The position numbers were made by a program, and so were the translations under genes. A DNA stretch of 60,687 nucleotides, the filler included, from Blastocystis sp. subtype 4 (taxonomy: Eukaryota), in assembly GCF_000743755.1 (NCBI RefSeq). It is 7 parts of 7 records of this genome, joined end to end, with 100 filler letters (N's around TTAATTAATTAA, not from the genome) between each part and the next. Parts side by side here need not be neighbours in the genome. Positions count along the whole stretch, not along the records: positions 17,558 to 26,212 come from NW_014569179.1; positions 26,313 to 34,928 come from NW_014569178.1; positions 35,029 to 43,621 come from NW_014569177.1; 4 more parts are not named here. One strand, given 5' to 3'. The first letter of the stretch is position 1. The number at the start of each line of letters is the position of its first letter. Shown here one piece after another: positions 23,705 to 35,052 of this stretch. The notes under the pieces are model-generated. The model ran no database searches, was not told the origin of the DNA, and saw only the letters and a list, made by a program, of their open reading frames with translations.

Positions 23705-24385
23705 ATGATAGTTATGACTGATTTTCTTGAATCCACTACTATCGACCCGTATACACTTGATCGTCTTCACTCCGAATTGACCCTATCGTCATTAGGAGGG
23801 ATAGAGATGGAATCTCATGAGCAGAATAATCTAGATGGTCTGGACTTTGGTACCTCTAGTCTGTATAACGATATCTGTCCAGGACCATCATCTCCCACCT
23901 CAAGGTTTCTTATTTGTAATTATGATTCTAACATTACTGGAAGCGAAGATCCTCCGCCATATTCTAGTCTTGGGCAGATCGATAGTTACATCGAGACTGT
24001 TTACAATCCATTATCCGACAATGATAGACCGTCGGACCTGCTGCCTCTTACATTTCCTCTCCCATTGTCTGGTCCACAAACTAGTGGTGCCTCTTATTCT
24101 CTCTCTGACCTTTCGTTAAGTCCTTCATGTGACAATAACTACACTTTTCCTAATAGTTTGGACGAGAATCTGGCGGAATTCAATCTTGGTATGACTACTC
24201 AGCTTTCTCCAAGTCCACATTATGATCGTTATTGTACTCCTACTTGTGAACTACAAAAATGTAATCCTATGAGTCGGAAACAACGATGTATCTATTTCAA
24301 ACGTGTGGTATCGATTTGTCGTCGTAGACGTCGTTGTTGTGGTATTCTTATGTATGGTAGACTCAGAAATGACTTGGGTTATTAG
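23705..24385 (+). CDS. Hypothetical protein, acidic S/P-rich with a basic C-terminus (transcription-factor-like)
   Basis: 226-aa ORF ending in RKQRCIYFKRVVSICRRRRR. Confidence 0.55.
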   Translation: MIVMTDFLESTTIDPYTLDRLHSELTLSSLGGIEMESHEQNNLDGLDFGTSSLYNDICPGPSSPTSRFLICNYDSNITGSEDPPPYSSLGQIDSYIETVYNPLSDNDRPSDLLPLTFPLPLSGPQTSGASYSLSDLSLSPSCDNNYTFPNSLDENLAEFNLGMTTQLSPSPHYDRYCTPTCELQKCNPMSRKQRCIYFKRVVSICRRRRRCCGILMYGRLRNDLGY

Positions 24386-24587
24386 TTAATAGCTCCTTGT
24401 GAGTGTTCGCACTCTTTATGTGTTTCTGTATGTTTCTGTATTGTTTTTACTTGGGAGGTTTCGTTTATATCGTTTTGTTGTTGTTGCCAGTTAATAACCA
24501 AGTTGCTTGTTTGTTCTTAGTCACTTCTACATATTTGACAGGAAAAACCATCTTCAATCATATCTTCTTTCACCGAGTTGTTTTTAC

Positions 24588-25382
24588 ATGGACTTTGATC
24601 ACAGAGAGAAAGGACGAACGGGTGCAGGAAGAATTAGCGACGCTCAGCGGCAATTGCAGCAACGTGATCGGTTGTTGAAATTGGCTATGGAAACGTCGGA
24701 TGTATCAAAAGTATTCACTCTTTCTTTTGTTTATTGTTGTAGAATCCATATCTCTTACGAAATCATCTAGGACGTTTCGAATGCAAATTGTGCTTGACGG
24801 TACACAATACGGAGGCTAACTTCCTGGCACACACACAAGGTAGAAGACATCAAGCCAACTTGGCACGAAGAAGTCCATTTCTTATCTTCTAATTGATTTG
24901 TAGAAGCCCTTGATGATCGCAAGGAAGAACCTGTTCGTCCTACCACTGCTCCAGTTCCTAAAATCGTTCCTCATCGTACTATCAAGATTGGCCGACCTGG
25001 ATACCAAGTAATCAAACAAAAAGATGCTTCAACAGATCAATTAGGTCTATTATTTGAAATTCAGTATCCGGAGATTGAACAAGGATTACAACCACGATAT
25101 CGTTTTATGAGTGCATTTGAGCAGAAGGTACAAGCTCCAGATAAAAATTTTCAATATTTAATCTTTGCTGCTGCTCCGTATGAGAATATTGCCTTCAAGA
25201 TCCCAAATAAAGAAATTGATAAGGGTGAAAACAAATTTATGACACAGTGGAATACAACTACACGCGTTTTTAAATTACAACTCTTCTTTAAGACCGATGA
25301 ACAGATCGAGTTGGAGAAGAAGCAGCGAGAAGCCAGTCATACTGCTCCATCTCTCAAAATTGAGTATCGTGGTCGTTTGTAA
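24588..25382 (+). CDS. SF3A2: Splicing factor 3A subunit 2 (Prp11)
   Basis: MDFDHREKGRTG, NHLGRFECKLCLTVHNTEANFLAHTQGRRHQ, KIGRPGY, RFMSAFEQK, AAPYENIAFKIP. Confidence 0.96.
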
Positions 25383-25404
25383 TGTGTCTCTTTAAACAAA
25401 CATA

Positions 25405-25911
25405 TCATTCATGTCGTTCTCGTTTCGTTTTCATTTCCTTTGTTAGGTTCTGTTCTTCTTCTTCCTTCAATTCGCTGATTCGTTCATTCACCTTTTTGAG
25501 CAATTTGATAATGGCTATCTGTTATCACTCTCCAGAATCCTCACCTAATTCTTCTTCTGTATAATTTCCAACGCTCAACTTTGAATAATCAATTTCTTCA
25601 TCCTCCTCTTCAGAAGATTCACTCTCATGAGAAAAAAGATTTGGATCTATATAGTCCTCGTATCTAGTATCGAATTGGGATGGGATTTCCTCTTCAATTA
25701 CCTCACCATTGTCTTCATCGGTAATGCCGAAACTATCCTCCCTTTCATTTATTGACAATGCATTTTCATCATCGTAATATATGGGAAACGGTTCCATTAA
25801 CTGTCTTGCGAGTCCATCCAGATAATCCTCTTCCAACTCCAAGAAGTGATCGTCCGTATCTAAATCCCATTCTGGATCATTCCCAATGAAGATTGGCAAA
25901 TCATCGTCCAT
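25405..25911 (-). CDS. Small acidic protein with a C-terminal coiled coil
   Basis: D/E-rich exon, a 30-nt intron, then AIIKLLKKVNERISELKEEE...RHE*, followed by TGTTTGTT. Confidence 0.7.
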
Positions 25912-25962
25912 TTCTTATGGAGAAATCTCTTTTATATAGTGTACTTTGAAAACAAGTAATAA

Positions 25963-26035
25963 GGCCTACTAGTGTAGTGGTTATCACGTTTGCTTTACAC
26001 GCAAAAGGTCGTGAGTTCGAGCCTCACGTAGACCA
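25963..26035 (+). tRNA. tRNA-Val(TAC)
   Basis: Cloverleaf with anticodon arm TTTGC-TTTACAC-GCAAA; a C3.A70 mismatch in the acceptor stem; T5 terminator. Confidence 0.93.
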
Positions 26036-26079
26036 ATTTTTCCTTTTTGTTGTTTTTCAATCACAAACACATCAACCCA

Positions 26080-26181
26080 TTACCGACTACCAATTCCCAA
26101 CAACAACTGATTATCCTTTCCTCCCGGAAGATATGTGACATTGGGAGCACGAGCCAGAGTATTTGCGATATCACGAGCAGC
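26080..26181 (-). CDS. PHB1: Prohibitin, last exon
   Basis: AARDIANTLARAPNVTYLPGGKDNQLLLGI matches the prohibitin-1 C-terminus. Confidence 0.8.
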   Translation of the reverse strand, partial: AARDIANTLARAPNVTYLPGGKDNQLLLGIGSR

Positions 26182-26312
26182 CTACAGAATATGAGAATGA
26201 CCCAGTTTTGAANNNNNNNNNNNNNNNNNNNNNNNNNNNNNNNNNNNNNNNNNNNNTTAATTAATTAANNNNNNNNNNNNNNNNNNNNNNNNNNNNNNNN
26301 NNNNNNNNNNNN

Positions 26313-26985
26313 ATTCTTATCCAACAGATCCTTCACTTCCCACTGTTGGAGATAAGGATGTAACTCAACTTGATTGACAGCAGGCTTAACAGTACATCGT
26401 TCCAGAAGAAGCTGGACTCTCTTACTTGTGTAGTTAGACACTCCAATAGCTCTCAAGATTCCCTTGTGATAGTATTCTTCCAGTTTACCCCAAGTCTGCA
26501 TCACCAAATCAATATCAAACCCAAGCATCTCACATTGCTCTGTCGGAGCCACGCTATATTCAAAGAAGTAACCTTCTTGGCGTTTCTTCTCCTCCTCAGG
26601 AGAGAGATTATAGAACGAAGACATATGAAGAAGGAAGAGATCGATATAAGGTGTCTGAAGATCTTCTAATGCCTGAAGAATGGCCTTCTCTGCATTCTCT
26701 GGCTTCCAGTCACAGCACCACAATTTTGAGGTAATGAACAGTTCTTCTCTCTTCACAATTCCCTCATCAATACACTTCTTGATAGTAGCACCGACTTCCT
26801 TGTGATTCTTATACACACAAGCAGTATCAATGAGACGATATCCAGCCTTGATTGCAGTTTCAACAGCCTCTGTACAGGACTTTCCATCCGAAAGATATGT
26901 CCTATTGTATAAGATATGGATATTGTTCGTACCCAAGTCCCAGAAGGGGCATCTTGACCCCATTGTTCAGAGTGACATACTCCAT
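26313..26985 (-). CDS. Aldo-keto reductase (3' partial)
   Basis: TLNNGVKMPLLGLG, GYRLIDTACVY, REELFITSKLW, IDLFLLH, RAIGVSNY, PAVNQVELHPY. Confidence 0.95.
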
Positions 26986-27366
26986 GATGCTTTCAAGTTA
27001 TAGTAAAATATAATGAACGAATCCATTAGGTTAGTTTGAATCCTCTGATGAAACGGTCAAAATTGTGAAGTTAGAAGTAGCAAATCAGTTTTCGAGATTC
27101 TTAGGTTGATAAGCATATTCATTCTATCTCGAATGGATGAAACACATCACTGCTGACTCAAATAAACATAATTGGTTTATTATCCAGCACTTCACAATAG
27201 TAAGGTTTGAACCATCAGAACACCCACAACATGACATATCTAGCCTACAAATAGTATTTTCTTCCTTCTTTAGCCATTTCTAAATGCTGATTAGCAGAAG
27301 AAAGTAGCTTGAAAACCGCGGTTGTTGATAATCCGTCTTTTCTCATTGAATTCATTTGTTGAGGAC

Positions 27367-27954
27367 ATGTTGAGTCGTTCATCCCGTCTGTTGACGACTT
27401 CTACTAGTATTCTTTACCGTGGAGTCTTTAATAATGCTTTCCAGACTTCTAATGTGGTTTTCACTGCTCTTACTGTACTTTTTTTGTTGATTATTTATTC
27501 TAGGGTTCGGATTCACAGAAACGTTTTTTAACAACCAAAAGAGAGAATCCCATGCTTCCACTAATAGCTGGAATTGGAATTGCTGGTTGCTGTCTTGTGG
27601 CAAAATCTGTAATTGAGGAACGATACTTGTTTTCTTGTTTAGTCATAGAGAGCTGAGAATTACAAGAATAAGACCGATGGAAAAGGAGATCACACATATG
27701 CCCTTGCAAACTATTATCAAGGTGGATTTGAGAAGGAGATGACAAAACGTGAAGCTGCTCTGATTTTAGGTGTAAGGTAGATTATCTTTGGTTGCATTTA
27801 TGGTAGAACAAATTCTGACCAGAAGCGTATTCAGAAAGCGTACAGAACAATTCTTTTGAAGAATCATCCTGATAAGGGTGGTAGTCCTTATCTTGCAGCA
27901 AAGGTGAATCAGGCTAAAGATATTCTTCTGGGAAATCAGGAAGTTCCTAAGTAA
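27367..27954 (+). CDS. PAM18: Mitochondrial/MRO import motor J-protein Pam18/Tim14
   Basis: Presequence-like N-terminus, a TM, YYQGGFEKEMTKREAALILG and NHPDKGGSPYLAAKVNQAKD. Confidence 0.93.
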
Positions 27955-27988
27955 TATGTCCTTTTATTTGGGTTTGTTGAAAACACTG

Positions 27989-30160
27989 CTATTCGATCTT
28001 CAGAACTCCTGTTTGCACAGATACAATTTGGTCATTGAATTTATATTCACCTTCAAGCTTAAATTTCAGTGGTTTGTCTTCTTGAAGAGTAAACTACAGG
28101 ATCAAATCAGGATCATTAAATGAACAATGATATGCTGTAGAGCAGGACTATCAGCATCAGCTTGAGTCGATAATGCCTCTCGAACATCTTGATTAATATA
28201 TTTGGGAGCCGAGATCTATCCTTTATCTCATCTTCAAAGCCTTACAGAAAAGGCTATATCACTAATGGGACCATCAATAGCATAATATCGAAGAAGCAAA
28301 TTAGTCATCATTGGGTTGCTTAATCTAGCTTGAATGGAATCATTAGTACATACTTCTTCATCATCAAAGTGATCCGAAGATGATCATCCTTGAAGATTTC
28401 ACCTTCTCCATCATGATTATCTCTAACAAATTAAGCCAGATATCTAAGAATACTCAGCAATAAGAACATCCGAGGACACTTCGTGATTCTCTAATTCTGG
28501 AACTATCTCTATACCTTCCTTCTTCTCTTCTTTCACTTCCTCCTTCTTTACCTCTGTCTCTTCCTTTACCTTCATTTCCACCTTTCTTCCAGCACCTACA
28601 CTCACAAATACACTCGAATCCTACGTCGACTCTTCCTTGGTTCTCGTATCTTCACCTCCTCTTCATCATCATCAAACAAAGCATCCACAGATTCCGATTT
28701 CTTCTCTACAGTCTTTTGTGGTTCCTCTTTCACCGTCTCTACTGGCTTGGTCGTTCGAGAAACACGACGAGGCTGAGAGTTATCCATTCTATCTCATGGT
28801 ACCTTGTTCACTGCAGGTTTGCTCTTTCGGACAGTGGTTACAGGAGTCTTAGGAGTCTTGCAGACAGTACAGATAGAAACAGTAGGAGGATTCATGAACT
28901 CACAAGCAGGACAAGGCCAACTTCCAGGAGCAGAGGTGACTGAGGTTGACTGAACATTCTTTGGAGCAACTGCTTTGGTAGGAGCCCTAGATCAAAGCGT
29001 TTTCATATATCGTACAGTTTCTCAGCAAATCGAGGCTTTCTCTAGACATGAAGTAAATCAGTAATACTTACACTCTGATGATGCCACAGAAGTAACTGAA
29101 GAATGGCAAGGAGGAGAAGAAGGATAACAATAATCAATGGAACACTTAATGTGAAGTAGCTGGTGATCTCTTTGTCACAAGTTTCACCTGTATATTTCTC
29201 ATCACACACACATTTGCCTAGGGCTCAGGACTCATTTGATCACTTCGTACCTCCAGCCACACAAGAACCATGATTGTTACAATTATCTTGATCTGTACAT
29301 AGTTGATCACAGGTTTCACCATAATAATCCCAAAGGCAAACACACTTGCCTTCACTAGAAATGATTCAGAGAGATTACTTATACTTGTCACATAGACCAT
29401 GACCATTACAACGTGATAAGTAATCACAACGAACATTACAAAACTCACCATAATAACTAAACATTAACATCACTACCTAATCCTACTCAGTCTCACATTC
29501 ACATCTCATCTCAGCATTGCAATTACCATGTTCACAAGTCTTCTCACCACATGCACAGTCTTCACCAATATAGTGATCGCTTGAACACGAACACTTCAGT
29601 GTTGCTTCATCACATGTACCATGTCCATTACACTCCAACACATCATCACCAATCTCAAGAAGGCCTGGACAAGACTCACTGCAATCATTTCCATAATACC
29701 CATGAGCACAATCACAAGTTAATTCTCCTGACTCACTCTCAGAGCACACACCAGATCCATTACACTCCAATGTGACGTTACCAACTTTAATAAGACCAGG
29801 ACAAAACCCTGCACAGTCGTCACCATAATATCCGTCATCACATTCACAATACCAGCCGTCAATGTCTTCCTCACAACTACCATTTCCATTGCATTCTAAT
29901 ATATCTTCGCCGTCAATATATCCAGGACATTGTTCGGTGCAAGAAGTTCCATGGAATCTAAGGATAACCAAACATGTACAAGCAGACCCTTCATCACATT
30001 CACAATAACCATCTACCAATTGACCATGACCATTACAATCGCTGTCCTCTAAGTGACGCAATTTGTATTGTGAATTAGAAAGAGCTATAGAGATTAAGAA
30101 AGTAATCTTCACCTCACCGATAGAAATTGTAAAAAGGAATAGTAACAGGTATTGATTCAT
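27989..30160 (-). CDS. Signal peptide, EGF/tenascin-like repeats, TM, NZF/RanBP2 zinc finger, charged linker and gamma-adaptin-ear-like domain
   Basis: CNGHG..C.C..GYYG..C repeats; TM VPLIIVILLLLLAILQLLLW; WPCPACEFMNPPTVSICTVC. From the last EGF exon to TAG at 27989 the frame stays open across eight 29-32-nt introns. Confidence 0.85.
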
Positions 30161-30639
30161 CAGATCAACAGATGTTGACTTGGAGTCTTTCTGCGCCACC
30201 CAAATAATTGTAATGAAATAGTGGAAATTCTAGTCCTATTGGCAAAAATATCTCCGAATTCATTGACAGATCTTGGTATCAGGATTAATAATACTCTTTG
30301 AAACCCAGAGAGTATGGGACTACCAATAGAAATTCGTTGATACTCACGATCACACAGAATGAAGCGATTCTATTCTAGTCGCACTTATTGGGACGTATAA
30401 ATGCTATCCTATCCCATTTTGGAAAACGAAAAACACATCATTCCCTCCAGTTTTCATATCCCTCTTTTGTCACCTGCTTATGATATGATATGAAGATGCA
30501 CATTATTTGCAATAGAAATTAGAGACCATCCCAAACAGGATTCCACTATATCTTCACTCTTTTGATAAGGAAGAAGGATTCTTATTATTTCTTTGTTTCA
30601 AGTTTTTGTATAGCATTGTATCATCAATCTGGTACAACC

Positions 30640-32149
30640 ATGATGACGGTAGGAAAGCAATTTCAGAGTGACTATGCAATCACTGGTAAGATTGGTCATG
30701 GTGCATTTGGTGATATTTATCTTGGTATGAATAAACGTACTGGCAAGTCTGTAGCAATAAAGAAGGAGTCTATGAAATCTAAGTACCCTCAACTCCAATT
30801 GGAAGCCAAAGTGTATTCAATTCTTGAAGGTGGTATGGGAATTCCAAGGATCTATATGAAATCCGTTATCCGTGACAACCATGTAGTAGTGATGGATCTC
30901 CTCGGTCCCAGTCTAGAGGACTTGTTTAACTATTGCGGACGAAAGTTCACGGTGAAGACAACAATGATGCTTGGAATTGAGCTCCTAACTCGACTAGAGT
31001 TTATTCATCACCGCAACTTTATTCATCGTGATATCAAACCTGATAACTTTGTGGTTGGGATTGGCGATCGAGCCAATGTGGTTTATGTGATTGACTTTGG
31101 TCTTTCTAAGCAATACCGAGATCCTTATCAGCGACGTCATATTGCGTATTTCTTTTAGTCTTGATCAACACATAGATATCGGGAAAATAAGAATCTCACT
31201 GGAACACCTCGATACGCATCATTGAGTAATCATCTGGGAATCGAGCAGAGTCGTCGGGACGACTTGGAGTCGCTAGGCTTTGTATTGATCTACTTCATGA
31301 AGGGAAAGTTACCATGGCAAGGATTGAACGCAACAACAAAGAAGCAGAAATACAACAAGATTATGGAATCGAAGATTGAAGTTGAATATTTCGGTTTGAA
31401 TCAGTTGTAGAATTCATTTCAATCCCTTTGTGAGGATTTACCAAAGCAGATGATTGATTACATGACCTATTGTCGAAACCTTGTTTTTGATGAGAAGCCC
31501 GACTACCAGTACTTGCGTAATCTGTTTCGATCTGTTTTGGAAGAACATGTATTCATTCTCAATTGTTTATATCTAGCACTGGCCCAATGATGGTCGCTAT
31601 GATTGGATGAATCCATCCATACCAAAGGATGCAAGTTCACTTCCTCAGCACTCTAGAGGTCCCGATGGTGGCCTTCATCCAGATCTCCTCTCACCAGCTC
31701 CTCGCATTTTTCGTGAATCCTACAAAGAAGGTTTCCTTAGTGAACGAGTATTATCACTAGAACTCTATAAGACACATCTATCCCGAACCTCTTCACGAAC
31801 TGCACTTCTTCCTCACCCAATATCTATTCCAGCTACGCCTACTCTGCCAGTCATCTCTAGTGATAGTAGTTCAACTGCAATTGAAACTGCTGTCCAAGCA
31901 GTGAATATTGCTCGTCGTTCAAGCTCAGGAATAAATCGGCAGGGTACTTCTCAGCCGCTTTTGCAAATTGAGCCATCGTGGAGGAATGGAGAACGACAAG
32001 TTAGTTTCTTTTCTCCGAATGGATTGTCTGGAGATGGACAGCTGATGAGAATCGGAAGCGAAAGGGGGATGTATGTGTTTATGCTTGAAATGATATATAG
32101 AAAACGAGAGGATGGGGGAGAGTTGGATCTGAGTGCAAAGCGTATCTGA
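30640..32149 (+). CDS. CK1: Casein kinase 1
   Basis: [59 protein letters not shown]. Confidence 0.97.
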
Positions 32150-32225
32150 TCTGTCTTTTTATTCTATATGTTTGTATCATTTTGTGTGTAATGTTTGTTT
32201 CTATTTCTTCTGTCACAAAAGAGAA

Positions 32226-34928
32226 ATGAACTTTTGGGTTCCTGGAGCAGAGACGCCAGGAGTGGACCGAGAGTTCGAAGATGAGGGGATTTACATGGTA
32301 AATGATATCCAAACACGATCGAGTCTGGAACAACAGGTTGGGATTTCAATAATTGTATTCAGTTTCTAGAGGCGAGATCTACCGATATATAAATACAGAA
32401 GGGAAATCTTGTAAGTTCACTTGAAAGTACCTTTCTCATCGTTTTAGATATTCTGTTGAAACAAGCCATGTAACAATTATCCAAGGAGAAACTGGTTGTG
32501 GTAAATCGACACAGATTCCGCAGTATCTGCTAGAAGCGGGTTGGAGTGATGGAGGCAGATGTATTGCCTGCACACAAGTAGGTTGGAAATGGAATCGGAT
32601 GAATTAAAGCCACGACGACTCGCTGCAACTACAGTTGCAAAACGAGTAGCAGAGGAGAAACGTGTAGTCCTAGGAGAAGAGGTTGGATACAGCATTCAGT
32701 TTGATTACATGTTCAATCGGAATGGGAAGATTAGTCAAATCAAATATCTAACAAACAAAGAGTTGCTCCGTGAAATGATGAGGAATCCATTGGTAATGGA
32801 TAGTGAAATGGTTGATTGATAGTTGGCTCAGTACAGCGTGGTAATAGTAGATGAAGCTCATGAACGCAGTGTGGATAATGATGTGCTTCTGGGTCTATTG
32901 AAGAAGATCATTCAGAAACGTCAGGATCTTCGCTTGGTGATATCCAGTGCTAGTGTAGAAATGAATAGATGATATGATATGGATCTTTACAAACGGTATT
33001 TCCGAGATGTGGAGTATACAGACAAACACGACTCTCTGAAGCCATACACGATACTGACTGTTCAAGGCCGACAATATCCAGTAGACATTCTGTAGGCTTT
33101 ATTGCAGTTCTTGATTGAGAGATACGCCTCTTCTCCTGTTGCGAATTACGTTGAGTATGCAGCCACTGTAAGGAATGAGGAGAGATGAGACGTAGACTGT
33201 GATCAACATTCATAACTCATCGATTCGAGGAGACATTCTAGTGTTTCTCCCCGATGAAGATGAGATTGAAGTATGCAAAGAGAGTTTGATTGAGCGAAGC
33301 CGAGCAGCAAGACTACGGAATGGTCAGATCTGGGTAGTAACTCTGTATGTGAGAGAGAGTTGAGTGATGAATAGACACCGGAACCTTCCTGTTAGTGAAC
33401 AGAAGAAAGTGTTCCAAACAACTCCTCGTGGGTTTCGTAAGGTGATTTTGGCTACAGGAATGGCAGAAACGGGTCTGACTATTGATAATATTACTTGTGT
33501 GGTCGATAGTGGATTCGAAACAGTGTTGATGTGAAGAAGAAGGAATGAATTCATGTCTAGATATAACAAGAATGTGAATATCAACACACAAGTGATTCAA
33601 CCCATATCCAAGGTGAGAAATCTTCTGTCTTCTGATTGATAGGCAACAGCCCAACAACGAGCAGGAAGAGCAGGACGAGTCACACAAGGTCAGTGCTTTC
33701 GTTTGTACACGGAAGAGGACTTCATGAAACTGGAGAAACGAGAGAAACCTGAGGTTCAGCGACTCCTTCTATGTGATACAGTACTTTTGACTCGTCAATT
33801 GGGAATCCAGAATGTGAGAATTGAAGAAGAATCTGATGGATAGCTCGATACATTTGATCTTCCTTCAGAGATCAGTTCAGCTCGTTACTACATTTCCTGT
33901 CAGATCCTGCTGCTGTTAGATGCCTTGGGTTTGAATTCTTCTCATTTCTCATGATCAGACTCTTCGAATCAGACCATTACACCTCGAGGTCTCTTGATCT
34001 CACAAATTCCTGTGGATACTCAATTAGGTTGTTCTGATCTCACTCTTTCATGAATAGCTTCCTTTCTGTTGTTTGCAAAGGAAGCAGGGTGTGAAGCAGA
34101 AGCTCTCACAATTGCTGCCTTTTCTGGAGTGACTCATCTATATCTGGAAGGACCAAAAGAGACAGGAGAGAGGAATGAATATGAGAAGATGATGGGAGAA
34201 TTGATTGTAAGGAACTGTGTTGAGAATGAAGAGTAGGATGAACGTGGTGATCAATTTACCTATCTCCGGATCTATGATATGCTTGTGGATCCTGCTGTAG
34301 ATGTGGGTGATGGGACTGTATATCGTCAATCACGAGAAGTGACTGGAAGTGATGTGACTCTCTTCTGTCAAGAACACTACTTGAATCCTCAAGCAGTGAA
34401 GAAGGCATTGGAGCTTCGAGTCCAGTACAAATACTTCCTTGAGTAGAAGATGAATTGGAGGTTGATATGTAGTTTGCTTCCTCCAGATGCTATTGCTAGT
34501 CTCTCTCATGAAATGAATGAGGGTTCTCGAGGTGTTCAGTCGGAATCTTCTCTCTCCAAAGATGGACTAGTGATGCAGTGTCTGATCAAAGCCTATTTCA
34601 AGAACATCTGTAAACTGAGTAGTAATGGTTGCTATGTCCCTGTGAATCTTCTCAATGAAGAAGGAAGTAATGAAGGGAATATTGATGTGTATCTCCATGA
34701 GGATAGTGTTTTGCGTCTAATCAACAGTGTTCATCACTGGGTCCTTTTCAAAGATATCCAACTCACAGATGCGATTTACATCCGAGATGTAGTTGAAGTG
34801 AATCCATTGGAAGTGGCGAGGACCATTCCACGATTCTATAAGTAGATATGAACGAATATGATGAAATGTAGATCAATCACTGGAATAGATACCACTTCTG
34901 AACCAGCACCTGGACCTCAGTTACCTGT
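32226..34928 (+). CDS. DHX35: DEAH-box RNA helicase DHX35 (3' partial)
   Basis: N-terminal FWVPG, GETGCGKSTQIPQYL, TQPRR, DEAHER and QRAGRAGR. Confidence 0.88.
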
Positions 34929-35052
34929 NNNNNNNNNNNNNNNNNNNNNNNNNNNNNNNNNNNNNNNNNNNNTTAATTAATTAANNNNNNNNNNNNNNNN
35001 NNNNNNNNNNNNNNNNNNNNNNNNNNNNCCAAACAAACAGTTGAAAACAACA

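Noticed and set aside
27041..27075. CTGATGA...GAA hammerhead-like core
   Set aside because: It has GAAG instead of GAAA, stem II is misregistered, and there are no convincing stems I or III.
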